The notes below the pieces were generated by a model, which was given only the letters and a program-made list of their open reading frames with translations, made no database searches and was not told where the DNA came from. Positions 12,256 to 24,510 of a stretch of DNA of 64,000 bases are shown piece after piece (position 1 is the first letter of the stretch; each line of letters starts with the position of its first letter). This DNA comes from Octopus sinensis (Eukaryota). The stretch lies in contig NC_043023.1 in NCBI RefSeq assembly GCF_006345805.1, positions 1,550,001 through 1,614,000 on the forward strand, in the 5' to 3' direction. Position numbers and translations under genes: made by a program.

Positions 12256-13495
12256 TTTGATTTTACCTAGGATTGGACAAACGTATCTGTTGGCTGCAGG
12301 ATAGAGTTCTTGGTGTTTTTGTGTGGTAGTGTGTGTGTTAGTGTGTTGGTGTGTGGCTTACCAATTTCAGTCAGACCATTAACCCATGCCAGGCCAGCAT
12401 GGAAAGCAGACACTAAGTGACAATGATGATGATGTTGATGCATGTAGATAGTGAAAAGGTTTACTAGAAACATTTTTTCCATAGGGTGAATTGTAGTGAA
12501 AAATATGAAAGAAGGAAAATTTACAGAAATTTTATTCTGAACAAAATATGTATATAGTTTTATGAAATAAAATATTTACATAGTCAACCAGTTTCGCTTG
12601 TGCTAATCATGACTAAGCAGTTAGTGATAATACTACAATTTCATGCTATCATAACAAGTTTTCATTGATTGTTAGTGGGGGAAGGATATTTTCTAAATGT
12701 ATGTATGCATAGATGGATGGATGGTTGGATGGATAATAGACAGGCATATATACACAAGCCACATCCCAGACTGACACATCATACCCTACACAACACAGAC
12801 CCCACTCAATGTTATAATACATTAGACATATTATATATTCTGCTTACAAACTATCCCATGATTAATGTGGTCCCTATTTTTAAAGACAGTACAGGGTACT
12901 TTTTCTTTATTTTCATTCTTTGACTTTTCAGGAAGATTTCGCTGATACATTCAACAAGCCAAACGATCACATTCCAGATCTGTCTCCCTGACTCATGCGG
13001 TCCTTAATTCAAAATACAATGGACTGCTTTTATCCAGAGAGATTTATCTGTTCCGTAGATCACATCCAAGAAATACGCAACTGTACAACTAAAAATCACC
13101 ATCATTCAATCAGGAAACGGACAGAGATTAAAGTTTGGCAGCAAATTCGGTTAAAGATAAAGCGATTTCCCAAGGAAGGCATTCTAAAATTGAGCTGTTC
13201 CTGCCAGCTCTTTGATGACAAATTCAGGTAGTTATACTTAAATATCTACTTTGGCTCAATGGCTTCTCTCTCTCTCTCTCTCTCTCCCTTTCTCATGGGC
13301 TCTTTCTCTCTGCCGGTCTATATATTCATCTATATCTCTATCTATTTATACATCTGCCATTTCTCTATATCTCTCTCCCCTCTTTCTCACACACTCTTTC
13401 TGTCAACCTATGTATCTATGTAGATGCTTGTGTGTCTTCTTGTCTCTCAGTTTCTCTCTCTCCCACTCTCACTCACTCTCACCTATCTATCTATC

Positions 13496-13526
<31 letters not shown>

Positions 13527-13779
13527 CTATCTGTCTCTATACTTACAGTCTGTCCAGTTCTTCCTATCTGTCTTTCCATTCTGCTCTCTCTCCCTTTTTT
13601 TCCCCCTTTTCTATCAAATATTTATCTCTTTGTCTCTCTCTGCCTATTTCTTTCTTCTCTCCTCTTTCTTAGCCTTCTCCCCTCCCTCTCTGCTAACAGA
13701 TGTATGACAATCTCAGCAACTCTACATCTCTTTCTGTATCTATTTTCCTACACACATACACACACACACACACAAACAC

Positions 13780-14275
13780 TACCACACACAAAAACACACC
13801 AACACACAAACACCAGCACACTAACACACACACACACACACACACACACACCAAGACACACACACAAACACTAACACACTAACACACACACCAACACACA
13901 CAAACACCAACACGCTAGCACACACACACACACACCACCACACACAACACACACAGAAACACCAACACGCTAACACACATACTACCACACACCAACACAC
14001 ACAGAAACACCAACACGCTAACACACATACTACCACACACCAACACACACAGAAACACCAACACGCTAACACACATACTACCACACACACACACACACAC
14101 ACACACCACACACACACACCAACACACACTAACACACACACCACACACACACACCAAGACACACACACAAACACACCAACACACACACCCCAACACGCAC
14201 AAACACAAACACACCAACACACACAAACACACCAACAGAAACACCAACACACCAACACACACTAACACACACAAA
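13780..14275. repeat. CA-rich satellite with ~45-bp unit
   Basis: acacacagaaacaccaacacgctaacacacatactaccacac occurs 3 times. Confidence 0.85.
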
Positions 14276-15129
14276 GTAGTTACATTCATAGCACGTCCTA
14301 TAATAACCCTAACCCTCCCAGACAATACCAAAACTGTGACAAACAGACAGACTCAGCAGAGCAACAGGCTACATCTGCTATGGTATTTCATTACGTTCCT
14401 TTGGCATCATCTGGTTCAAATCCTGCTCAGGTCAGTTTAATCTTTATTCCTTCCAAGGGACAGTTAAATACTGTGTGGTCTTCCAAGTGACTGTATCACA
14501 TCCCAAAAGGCATCACCGCATCATGTTTAAACCACATCATCGTCACCATCGTCATCATCGTCACCATCGTCACCATCATCATCATCGTTGTCATCATCAT
14601 CATCGTTGTCATCATCATCATTGTCATTATCACCATGACTGCTACCATCATCATCATCATCACCACCAATACAACCGCCAACACTGCCACCACCAACACA
14701 ATCATCACCACAACCCTAGCCATTACTAGCATTGTCATCACCTCCTCCCCATCATCAACAACATCAGCAGGATCCTTCCATTACACCACAACCACCACCA
14801 ATAACATCATCATCCCCACCATGACCACCACTACAAGTCACTATTAGCATCATCATCACCATCACCCACCCCCACATCACCATCACCACCATCATCATCA
14901 TCATCATAAAACGCTTGTTTATCTTCCATGCTGGCATGGATGGGTTGGTTGGTTTGATGAGTTGAAGGACTGCATCATGCACCTATGTCTACTTTGCCAT
15001 GGTTTCTGAGTCTGACTGCCTTTTCGAATGCCAAATACTTTACTGCATGTATTGAGTGCTCTTTTTATTGTGACACCAGCACTAGTGAGGTCCCCTTGTG
15101 ACATAATTTACAAGACAAAGTGGCCCCTT

Positions 15130-15662
15130 CAACTGAGAAACTAGCACTTTGTCAGTTACAATGAAGAGGGTTCCAGTTGAGCTGATCAATCGAACAGCCT
15201 GCTCAAAAAATTAAGGTGCAAGTAGCTGAGTACTCCACAGACAGATATACCCATAACATAGTCCTGAGAGAAATTCAGTGTGACACAGAATGTGATAAGT
15301 TTGGTCCCTTTTGAATCACGGGTCCAAACTCAATTTTGCCAGCTGAGTAGACTTGAGCAATGTGAAGTAAAGAGTCTTGCTCAAGAACACTGGCATTCTG
15401 TTGGTTATGATGACAAGGGTCGGAGTTGAGCCAATCAAGAGAACAGCCTTCTTTTTTTTTTATTTGTTTCAGTCATTTGACTGTGGCCATGCTGGAGCAC
15501 CGCCTTTAGTCGAGCAAATCAACCCCAGGATTTATTCTTTGTAAGCCTAGTACTTATTCTATCAGTCTCTCTTGCCAAACCGCTAAGTGACAGGGACGTA
15601 AACAACGGTTGTCAAGTGATGTTGGGGGGACAAACACAGACACACAAACATTTACATACACT

Positions 15663-15730
<68 letters not shown>

Positions 15731-16575
15731 GACAGGCTTCGTTCAGTTTCCGTCTACCAAATCCACTCACAAGGCTTTGGTCGGCCCGAGGCTATAGTAG
15801 AATACACTCGCCCAAGGTGCCACGCAGTGGTACTGAACCTGGAACCATGTGGTTGGTAAGCAAGCTACTTACCACACAGCCCCTCCTGTGCCTGCTTATG
15901 AAATTAATGTGAAAGTGGCTGAGTACTCCACAGACATATGTACCCTTAACGTAGTCCTTGAGCAGATTCAGACTAACACAGAATAGGACAAGGCTGACCC
16001 TTGTTGAATTACAGGTACATCTCATTTTTGAAAGCTGAGTGTAATGGAACAATATGAAGTAAAGTGTCTTGCTCAAGGACACTGACATGCCATTGGTAAC
16101 AACCACAAGGGTTAAAGCTGATCTGATTAACAGAATAGTGTGATGATAACATTCAAGTGGTTGAGAACTCCACAGACATGCATACCCTTAATGTAGTTCT
16201 CAAGGAGATTCAGCATGACAGAGAGTGTGACAAGGCTGGCCCTTGAGTAGAATGGAGCAAGATGAAGTAAAGGGCCCTGCTCAAGAACACTGGCCCTCCA
16301 TCAGTTACACGATGAGTGTTCGAGGCGATTCAATTAACGGAACAGCCTGCTCTTGAAATTAATGTGCAAGTGGCTGAGAACTCCACAGACATGCATACCC
16401 TTAATGTAGTAAGTTATCAAAGGGATTCAGTATGACATGTAATGTGACATGGTTGACCCTTTGAATAACAGGTACAATTCATTTTTGCCAGGTGAGTGAA
16501 ATGGAGTGACGTGAAATAAAGTGTCTTGCTCAAGGCAACAATGCATCACCTGGTTCAGGAATTGAAACTACAACC
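15130..16575 (-). mobile_element. Tandem run of about 4-5 SINE family D fragments interrupted by a family A SINE (15455-15890, minus)
   Basis: Recurrent gtggctgagtactccacagaca..cccttaacgtagt..gagattcag..gacacagaatgtgacaaggctg..aaagtgtcttgctcaaggac. Confidence 0.8.
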
Positions 16576-16989
16576 TTATGATCATCAGTGTCTTCCTAAA
16601 GGAGTACAACATGCCCCCAGGAATTGAACTAACGACTTTCCAACCATGAGGCGAGTACCCTAGCCACTGATCCACATACCTTTCCTGCTCAACTGAGGAG
16701 GATTATAGAAGAGTGAGGTGGCTTTATGCTAAATGTTGAGACATTAAAGTATGATAGAATGAACAGGAACAGGTTCTTTCCTGTTGAAGAGACACAGGGT
16801 TTCTCACTGTCTTGTCTATCACTACTATAACAGCATCTCTTCCTCTTGGCATTGAACCACTCACAAACACACCCCAGCCTCTGACTCACAGCCATTCTGT
16901 CTCCTCTCTGTATTTTTTCTATAATTACTATAATGGCTTCTGTTCCTCATGGCATTGAACCACTCCCAGACATACTCCAGCCATACTGT

Positions 16990-17330
16990 TCCTTTCATCC
17001 TTTAGAAGGAACAGTTGTTTGCTCTTTCACAAGCCACCCCTGGCTCATAAGGGCTGATTTCCCGGTTTCCTTGGCATATAGGTTCCATACCTGGACGGGA
17101 TGCTGGTCCGTCACAGATGAGCTGCAAGATGCAGGAAGAAAGAGTGAGAGAAAGTTATGGTGAAAGAGTCAGCAGAAGTTCGCCATTACTTTCTGCCAGA
17201 GCCGCATGGAGCTTAGGTGTTTCGCTCATAAACACACACATCACCCGGTATGAGATTCGAACCCGCAATCCCTCGACTGCAAGTTCGCTGCTCTAGCCAC
17301 TAGGCCATGTGCCTCCACAGCCATACTGTA
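16990..17330 (-). mobile_element. Full-length SINE family C with tRNA-like head
   Basis: Minus strand A box TGGCCTAGTGG and B box GGTTCGAATC, followed by the body shared with 22777. Confidence 0.85.
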
Positions 17331-18309
17331 TCTCCTCTCTGTCATTTTTATCACTAATATAATGACCTCTATTCCGAGTAGCTGGATAGTCTTGTATATC
17401 CTCATTCCCTCATATCTCCTTCGCAGAGGCACCCTCAACACACCCATCTTATCACATTTTGTCACCCTGGTTACATGCAACCCACCACATTAACCCCATA
17501 CTGACCACTAAGCTCAGTCCTTTCTCCCCAGGTTCACATCCCACTGGAATTTTCTCCTTGCTCATGTTTTTTTCTGCAGTTGCAGATTTGCAACAATTTA
17601 AAAACAGAACATAAACACCATCACTCGCACAGATCTTGAAACACCTACCACAACCATGGGTCCTGCCCCCTCCTCCAAAACAAAAAAATAATTTTTTTTG
17701 AAAAACCATAAGGATGGGACGATCACAGATTCAAAACACCCTACATATTTTGATAATAAATTTACCCAATTAAGGTCTTACTCGGGGCTACACAGCAACA
17801 ACAACAACAATAGCAAGACAATTATAACGGCTACATTTTAATTGGTCTACTAATTAGGTGTGCTTTAATAATGGAACTGCAAATATAATGGCGAAGGAGA
17901 ACATAAAACACACGAGAAAGAAGATAAAAAGCGAAGAACGCTTTCTCCCAAAAGTTGCAAAAAATACCGAAATAGGATATTTGTGTCTGACTTCTTTTGT
18001 TCAACGAGGAATCTATTTACAAAGGTGTTTACGATGAAAGGATATGGTGACAATAACAACAACAACAGCAATAATAATAGCAACAACACCAGTGATACTA
18101 CAGTTACTGTCACAGACAACATTAGCATCACCGTGGCCAGCACCGACACCACCGTTAGTATTAGCAGCATCTTTGTAAACACCAGCTATGAAAACAGCGC
18201 AGCTACAGGCTTGCCTATGATCAAAGGTGTTCCATTTGTGACCACCTCATCTTTTGTTCAGACATAATGTATCTAGGACTACAATATCTAATGTATAATA
18301 TAATAGTAT

Positions 18310-18770
18310 TACTCTTTTACTCTTTTACTTGTTTCAGTCATTTGACTGCGTCCATGCTAGAGCGCCGCCTTTAGTCAAGCGAATCTACCTCAGAACTTAT
18401 TCTTTGTAAGCCTAGTACATATTTTATTGGTCTCTTTTGCCAACATTTCGAGCAAAGCTCTTCTTCAGAAAAAGAGGGAAGTCCAAAGGAAGGGAAGATG
18501 GGGACGTAAATGCACCAACACCGGTTGTCAAGAGGTGATAGTGAGACAAACACAAGTACAAAGACACACACATGAAAATATATATATAAAGAAGCCCATT
18601 GTATTTATATATATATATATATACACGACAGGCTTCTTTCAGTTTCCATCAACCAAATTCACTCACATGGCTTTGGTTGGCCCAAGACGATAGTAGAAGA
18701 CACTTGCACAAGGTGTTACTCAGTTAACTTGGAAGCATGTGATTGGAAAGTAAGCTTCTTACCACACCTG
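18310..18770 (-). mobile_element. SINE family A containing a ~59-bp foreign insertion (18442-18500)
   Basis: The consensus ctcttttgccgaaccgctaagttacggggacgtaaac is replaced internally by aacatttcgagcaaagctcttcttcag...gaagat. Confidence 0.8.
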
Positions 18771-18793
18771 TACTATATATATAAATGCATGTA

Positions 18794-18824
<31 letters not shown>

Positions 18825-18843
18825 TTATGTGTGTGTGGTGTGT

Positions 18844-18894
<51 letters not shown>

Positions 18895-18938
18895 ATACAT
18901 ATATATATATATACACATACATATATATATATACATAT

Positions 18939-18990
<52 letters not shown>

Positions 18991-19133
18991 CACATACATA
19001 TATATATATACACATACATATATATATATATATATATACCGGAATAAACACATAAATGTGAAACAGGTGGAAAAGAGAGTACTCAAATACCAGTGGTAGA
19101 GTAATATGCTTATTTAAAAGCAGCAGAAATTCA

Positions 19134-19184
19134 ACAAAACCTGTTACTCGCAGTTTCACGTTCCCGTTCGTCGGACAGCTTTGT
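19134..19184 (-). ncRNA. Antisense partner hammerhead, U4C variant, one stem III mismatch
   Basis: Minus strand ACAAAG-CTGT CCGACGA ACGGGAACGT GAAA CTGCGAG TA ACAGGTTTTGT. Confidence 0.6.
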
Positions 19185-19229
19185 TAAAATAGAACCGATA
19201 TTAGAATATTAGAATATTGGTTCTATTTT

Positions 19230-19280
19230 ACAAAACTGTCCGACGAACGGGAACGTGAAACTCCGAGTAACAGGTTTTGT
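19230..19280 (+). ncRNA. Minimal type I hammerhead ribozyme, U4C core variant (predicted)
   Basis: ACAAAA-CTGT / CCGACGA / ACG-GGAA-CGT / GAAA / CTC-C-GAG / TA^ / ACAG-G-TTTTGT. Stems I, II and III all pair and the triplet is GUA. Confidence 0.7.
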
Positions 19281-19809
19281 TGAATTTCTGCTGCTTTTAA
19301 ATAAAGTATATATGTGTGTGTGTGTGTGTATGCATGCATGTATATACATCATAGGGTGCTTTCAGTTTGCGTCTACCAAATTGAAAACTCTCAAAGTGGT
19401 CGTCAACCAAGGACTACAACAAAGGAAGACAATTATCCAAAATTCTACAGAATAGGATTGTAACCAAACCCGCATGGCTAGGAAACGAACTTCTTCTTAA
19501 TGACACAGCCATACCTACGCCTACTTACAGACAATCCAATGCAAATGAAACACACAGACACACACATAGCAATGATGATGGTGGTGGCGGATGGGGGTGA
19601 GGGGGCGGTGGCAGCAGTCCAATAACCTGTGCCATGTCACATGTGAGACCCTTCATCTAGAGCCTTCTAAATTAGTCACCTGCTGTGCAGAGTTTATTTA
19701 TTTCTCTTGGAGATTAATTTCAAATTTCACATTGCTGTAACATGCAATATACACTCACTCACACATACACACAGACCATGCAGGCACAAAGTACATACAC
19801 ACATACATA

Positions 19810-19856
<47 letters not shown>

Positions 19857-20017
19857 CACATATATGTAGTGACATGCACATACATGCATATATAAATATA
19901 CATCCATACAAATACATACACATCCATATATATTGGCAAACACTCACACACTACATATATAATACATATAATTACACATATATACATATGTATATCGATA
20001 TATATATATAGAAAAAA

Positions 20018-20247
20018 GGCGGCGAGCTGGCAGAAATGTTAGCACGCTGGGCGAAATGCGTAGCTGTATTTCGTCTGTCGTCACGTTCCGAGTTCAAATT
20101 CCGCCGAGGTCGACTTTGCCTTTCATCCTTTCGGGGTCGATAAATTAAGTACCAGTTACACACTGGGGTCGATATAATCGACTTAATCCGTTTGTCTGAC
20201 CTTGTTTGTCCCGTCTGTGTTTAGCCCCTTGTGGGTAGTAAAGAAAT
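20018..20247 (+). mobile_element. Near full-length SINE family B
   Basis: ggcggcgagctggcagaa head, gagttcaaattccgcc B-box-like motif, gtcgactttgcctttcatcctttcggggtcgat domain, aaagaaata end. Confidence 0.9.
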
Positions 20248-20273
20248 ATATATATATAGAAACATAAATATAT

Positions 20274-20314
<41 letters not shown>

Positions 20315-20521
20315 TATACACACATATATATAGACACACACACATATATATATATATACATACATATATATACACATATATAAATATATAGGTAGATATA
20401 TTAATATATATGTATATATGTATAAATATATAGAGAGAGATCTAATATTAAATATGTCACTCTCTGCATGTGTGTGTATGGTGTGTATGTATGTGTATGT
20501 ACATAAATCTCTGTAAGTATG

Positions 20522-20625
<104 letters not shown>

Positions 20626-21169
20626 CACATATATGTGTGTATTTGGTATGTATGTATATGCATGTATGTATGTAGGCAGGCAGGCATGTGAATATATGGT
20701 CATAAGAGTGTGATTGTTTTTTTATGTATAAGGTTAGTATATTGGTCCACACCATGACAGAGGAATAAAAGACTATCAGTCGTTGAAAATCACCTTTATG
20801 GTGCCAACCTAATCCGAAAATTTAATTTTGATGAACGATTAAAGAAATAAAAATTCCACGGGCGAGAGCAGCCTAATTTTAAAATAATCTGGAGTCCTCA
20901 GTGCAAAAGGTTCAGCAATTATTTTTCCCACGTTGAATCGCAAGATGAATCTCCATACCGGCAAGCTGGAAAATGCTGTTCTTGTTGCTGTTGATGATGT
21001 TGGTTTTGATGAATTGATAAATTCCAGAATCTAGATAGAGGTCCCTAAATGGGTGCTGAAACTGGAAGGAATGTTCAGGGTTGTATTTCAGTTAAAAGGA
21101 CGCAAAGACTAGGGTCAGATTTAAGTGTACATATGTGTATATTCTATGCTTGTGTTCCAATTAGTTAGC

Positions 21170-21935
21170 AGGGAAAGAGTAAGTTCAATTCCTGAGCCAG
21201 GCTGTGTGTTGTGTTCTTGAGCAAGACACTTGATTTCATGTTGCTCCAATTCATTCAGCTGTAGATATGAGTTGTGACATCACTGGTGCCAAGCTGTATT
21301 GGCCCCTTTGCCTTTCCCTTGGATAACATCATTGGCATGGAGACGGGAGGCTGGTATGCATGGAAGACTGCAGGCCATCCATAAACAAACCTTACCAAGA
21401 CTTGTACCTTGAAGGGGAACATCCTAGGTGCAATCCCATGGTCATTCATTACTGAAGTGGGTCTTTACCCTTTTACCCTACGTACATATAATAGCATGGT
21501 ATGTTTGGCCGACTGTTGGTCTTCCATAAACAACCTTGCCCGGACTTATGCCTTGGAGGAGAATTTTCTAGGAGCAATCCCATGATCTTTACTTTATATA
21601 TAAATATGTGGAGGTGAATGGCTCAGTGGTTAGAGCATCAAACTTACAATAGTGAGGTTGAGTGTTCAATTCTTGGTCAGAGCTGTGTGTTGCGCTCTTG
21701 AACAAGACTCTTTATTTCACATTGCTCCAATTCACTCAGTGGTAGAAATGAGTTGTAACATCAACTGGTACCAAGCTGTATCAGCCCCTTTCCCTTTCCC
21801 TTGGATAACATCAGTGGCATGCAGAGGGCAGGCTGGTATGCATGGGTGACTGCTGGTCTTCCATAAACAACCTTGTGCCTTGAAAGGGAACTTTCTAGAT
21901 GCAACACCATGCTCATTCATGACCAAAGAGGGTCC
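21170..21935 (+). mobile_element. SINE family E copies, two near-complete plus a fragment
   Basis: ttgagcaagacact..ttgctcca..tcactggtgccaagctgtat..tttcccttggataacatc..gtcttccataaacaacctt. Also at 27730-28129 (minus), 37230-37520 and 59660-59755. Confidence 0.8.
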
Positions 21936-21951
21936 TAAATAAATATATATA

Positions 21952-22152
21952 CAGGGGGCGGACAAAATAATGGAAACACCTAGCATCATAGCATCATAAT
22001 TTTGAAATATCTATAAAACCATCAAAAGCTTGTTTATTTTTAGGTTGTTTTTTTATTTATTATTTGTGTTGCTTGATATCTTTTGCTAAAATTGTTGTTT
22101 CTTTTCAGATATCATTGGAAAAAGGGGATTAAAATTCATTAAAATGACAGAT
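21952..22152 (+). mobile_element. Tc1-like terminal fragment, non-autonomous
   Basis: TA|CAGGGGGCGGACAAAATAATGGAAACACC is a Tc1-type terminus. It is interrupted by a SINE A at 22153. Confidence 0.55.
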
Positions 22153-22570
22153 CTGGCTGTGTGGTAAATAGCTTGCTTAACAACCACATGGTTCCAGGTT
22201 CAGTCCCACTGCATGGCACCTTGGGCAAGTGTCTTCTACTATAGCCTCAGGCCAACCAAAGCCTTGTGAGTGGATTTGGTAGACGGAAACTGAAAGAAGC
22301 CAGTCGTATATATGTATATATATATATGTGTGTGCGTGTATGTTTGTGTGTCTGTGTTTGTCCCCCTAGCATTGCTTGACAACCAATGCTGGTGTGTTTA
22401 TGTCCCTGTCACTTAGCGGTTTGGCAAAAGAGACCGATAGAATAAGTACTGGGCTTACAAAAGAATAAGTCCCGGGGTCGATTTGCTCGACTAAAAGTGG
22501 TGCTCCAGCATGGCCGCAGTCAAATGATTGAAACAAGTAAAAAGAGTAAAAAAAAGAGTAAAGAGGTCCA
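22153..22570 (+). mobile_element. SINE family A, full length
   Basis: ggctgtgtggtaa..ggttccaggttcagtcccactgcatggcaccttgggcaagtgtcttctactatagcc (tRNA/CORE-like part), (TG)n spacer, gtgctccagcatggccgcagtcaaatga tail. Other copies at 31093-31505, 33577-33980, 37675-38080(-), 43757-44165, 53295-53720, 54015-54410(-), 55000-55510(-) and 59280-59435(-). Confidence 0.9.
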
Positions 22571-22776
22571 ATTGTTTTAAAGTAGAAGAAATAGCTAAGG
22601 TTTTTGGCTACTATTTCTAAACTTTGGTATGTGGTAAAGCAAATCTTTGTTGAACCCTAATTATTAAGTATTACTTAAGTTCACCGTGAAATGGTCCTTT
22701 TTGTCATGCCAAATTTACTTGGTGGAATTATTGATTACTTCTTAATTAATATATATATATATATATATATATATTT

Positions 22777-23090
22777 GGAGGCGCAATGGCCCAGTGGTTA
22801 GGGCAGCGGACTCGCGGTCGTAGGATCGCGGTTTCGATCCCAGACCGGGCGTTGTGAGTGTTTATTGAGCGAAAACACCTAAAGCCCACGACGCTCCGGC
22901 AGGGTGGTGGTGGTCTTGGCAAACCTGCTGTACTCTTTCGCCACAACTTTCTCTCACTTTTCTACTGTTGGCCTGCTCGCTTAGCCAGCGGGGTGGCGTC
23001 ATTTGAAGGCTAAAACAATGCGAAGCGCATTGTGACCAGTGATGTGTAACAACATCTGATAGCCTGGTCGGTCACGGTGATCACGGTGAT
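22777..23090 (+). mobile_element. SINE family C with alternative 3' tail
   Basis: ggaggcgcaatggcccagtggttagggcagcggactcgcggtcgtaggatcgcggtttcgatccc tRNA-like head. Further copies at 24006-24292 and 45893-46139(-). Confidence 0.9.
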
Positions 23091-23141
23091 ATATATATAT
23101 ATATATATATATAGCAGCGCCACCTCTAGCCGAACAGTTAT

Positions 23142-23186
23142 TCTGTGCTGATGAAGAGAAATAACCCAGAAACCGTGATACACAGA
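23142..23186 (+). ncRNA. Degenerate minimal hammerhead motif
   Basis: TCTGTG / CTGATGA / AGAG-AAATAA-CCCA / GAAA / CCGTGA / TA / CACAGA. Stem I is perfect, stems II and III carry mismatches. Confidence 0.45.
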
Positions 23187-23419
23187 TATTATTTTGTGCT
23201 GAGTGGGGATGCTAAACCTCCTTGTTTGAAAATATAAGGACACAGACCATGTGTCATATAGCCAACTGGAGTCAATGTTTCCTGGGGCTAAATAGCAGTA
23301 GCATTTGTCCTAACCAATACTGCCACATTATGTTGGCAAATAATCTTTGCTCTAGAGTACTGTTACTGAATGTTTCTCATTGAGAGATTTACAAATTGTA
23401 ATTTTCTATTATGTGTGTA

Positions 23420-23920
23420 CCGTAAATCCTTGAGTATAGTCCGGCCTTGAGTATAATACGCAGGAGATTTTTAGGGGGCTGTACTCCTGAAAAACCTAAA
23501 CCTTGGGTATAATACGCACCCCTTCTCTAACTTGAGTCGTGCGTAATTAAGCCAGCAGCACCTAGCCAAACAAACACTTCCGCGCATGCGTAATACAATA
23601 ATGGTGATGTTCTTAACTGTTATATGGGAATGTAAATATGTTTGCAAATTGTTTTTGTTACATGTTTTTCTGTGTTCTGAATACTTTTATTTTAATAAAT
23701 ATTGCTTATTGCAAGGTATGGATGATTCTTTTATGACTTCATTGCTTTCAGGCTTAGCTGAAGGTGTTTTCGCACCAGACATCACAAAATGCATCTGAAT
23801 AAACATTGCTGGACAGCAAATAGAGACTCAGACATTGCTTAGAAAATATTTTTCGTTCTTAACCTCGTATATAGTACGCACTAGGGATTTCAAATGTGGA
23901 TTATACTCGAGGATTTACGG
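23420..23920. mobile_element. ~500-bp pogo/Tigger-type MITE
   Basis: Terminal inverted repeats TA|CCGTAAATCCTTGAGTATA and TATACTCGAGGATTTACGG|TG, with internal gtataatacgca repeats. Confidence 0.75.
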
Positions 23921-23966
23921 TGTGTGTGTGTGTATATATATATATATATTATATATATATTTATAT

Positions 23967-24006
<40 letters not shown>

Positions 24007-24479
24007 GAGGTGCAATGGCCCAGTGGTTATGGTCGTAGAATCGCGGTTTCAATTCCCAGACCGGGTGTCGTGAGTGTTTATTGAGCAAAAACACCTAAAG
24101 TTCCACGAGGCTCCGGCAGGAGGTGGTGGCGATCCCTGCTGTATTCTTTCGCCACAACTTTCTCTCAGTCTTTCTTCTGTTGGCCCACTTGCTTAGCCAG
24201 CGGGGTGGCGTCATTTGAAGGCTAAAACAATGCGAAGCGCATTGTGACCAGCGATGTGTAGCAACATCTGATAGCCTGGTCAGTCACATGATATATATAT
24301 ATATATATATATATAGGCAAAACTATAAGCTAAATTTAGATTCAGTAGGGTATTTAAATATCACTTGCTATAATCAGAGCGATTACTCACAAACCACCAG
24401 TAGCTCACTATTAAGACACACATGCTCAATGCAATGAACATAGCAAGAAAAACAGGCTACCTTGCATAGAATACAGAAG

Positions 24480-24510
<31 letters not shown>

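Larger units (their letters stand above)
19037..19310. mobile_element. PLE-like terminal repeat plus inverted partial copy (~93-bp-arm palindrome)
   Basis: Arms 19110-19202 and 19214-19304 are reverse complements. The terminus ccggtatata abuts (TA)n. Same family as 45201-45392. Confidence 0.75.

Noticed and set aside
12989-12991. In-frame TGA as selenocysteine
   Set aside because: There is no UxxC-type context, no identifiable SECIS and no selenoprotein similarity. It is kept only as an unexplained exon candidate.
17260-17325. tRNA-like sequence with A and B boxes, also at 22777 and 24006
   Set aside because: It continues directly into SINE body with no acceptor-stem 3' strand, so these are SINE heads rather than tRNA genes.
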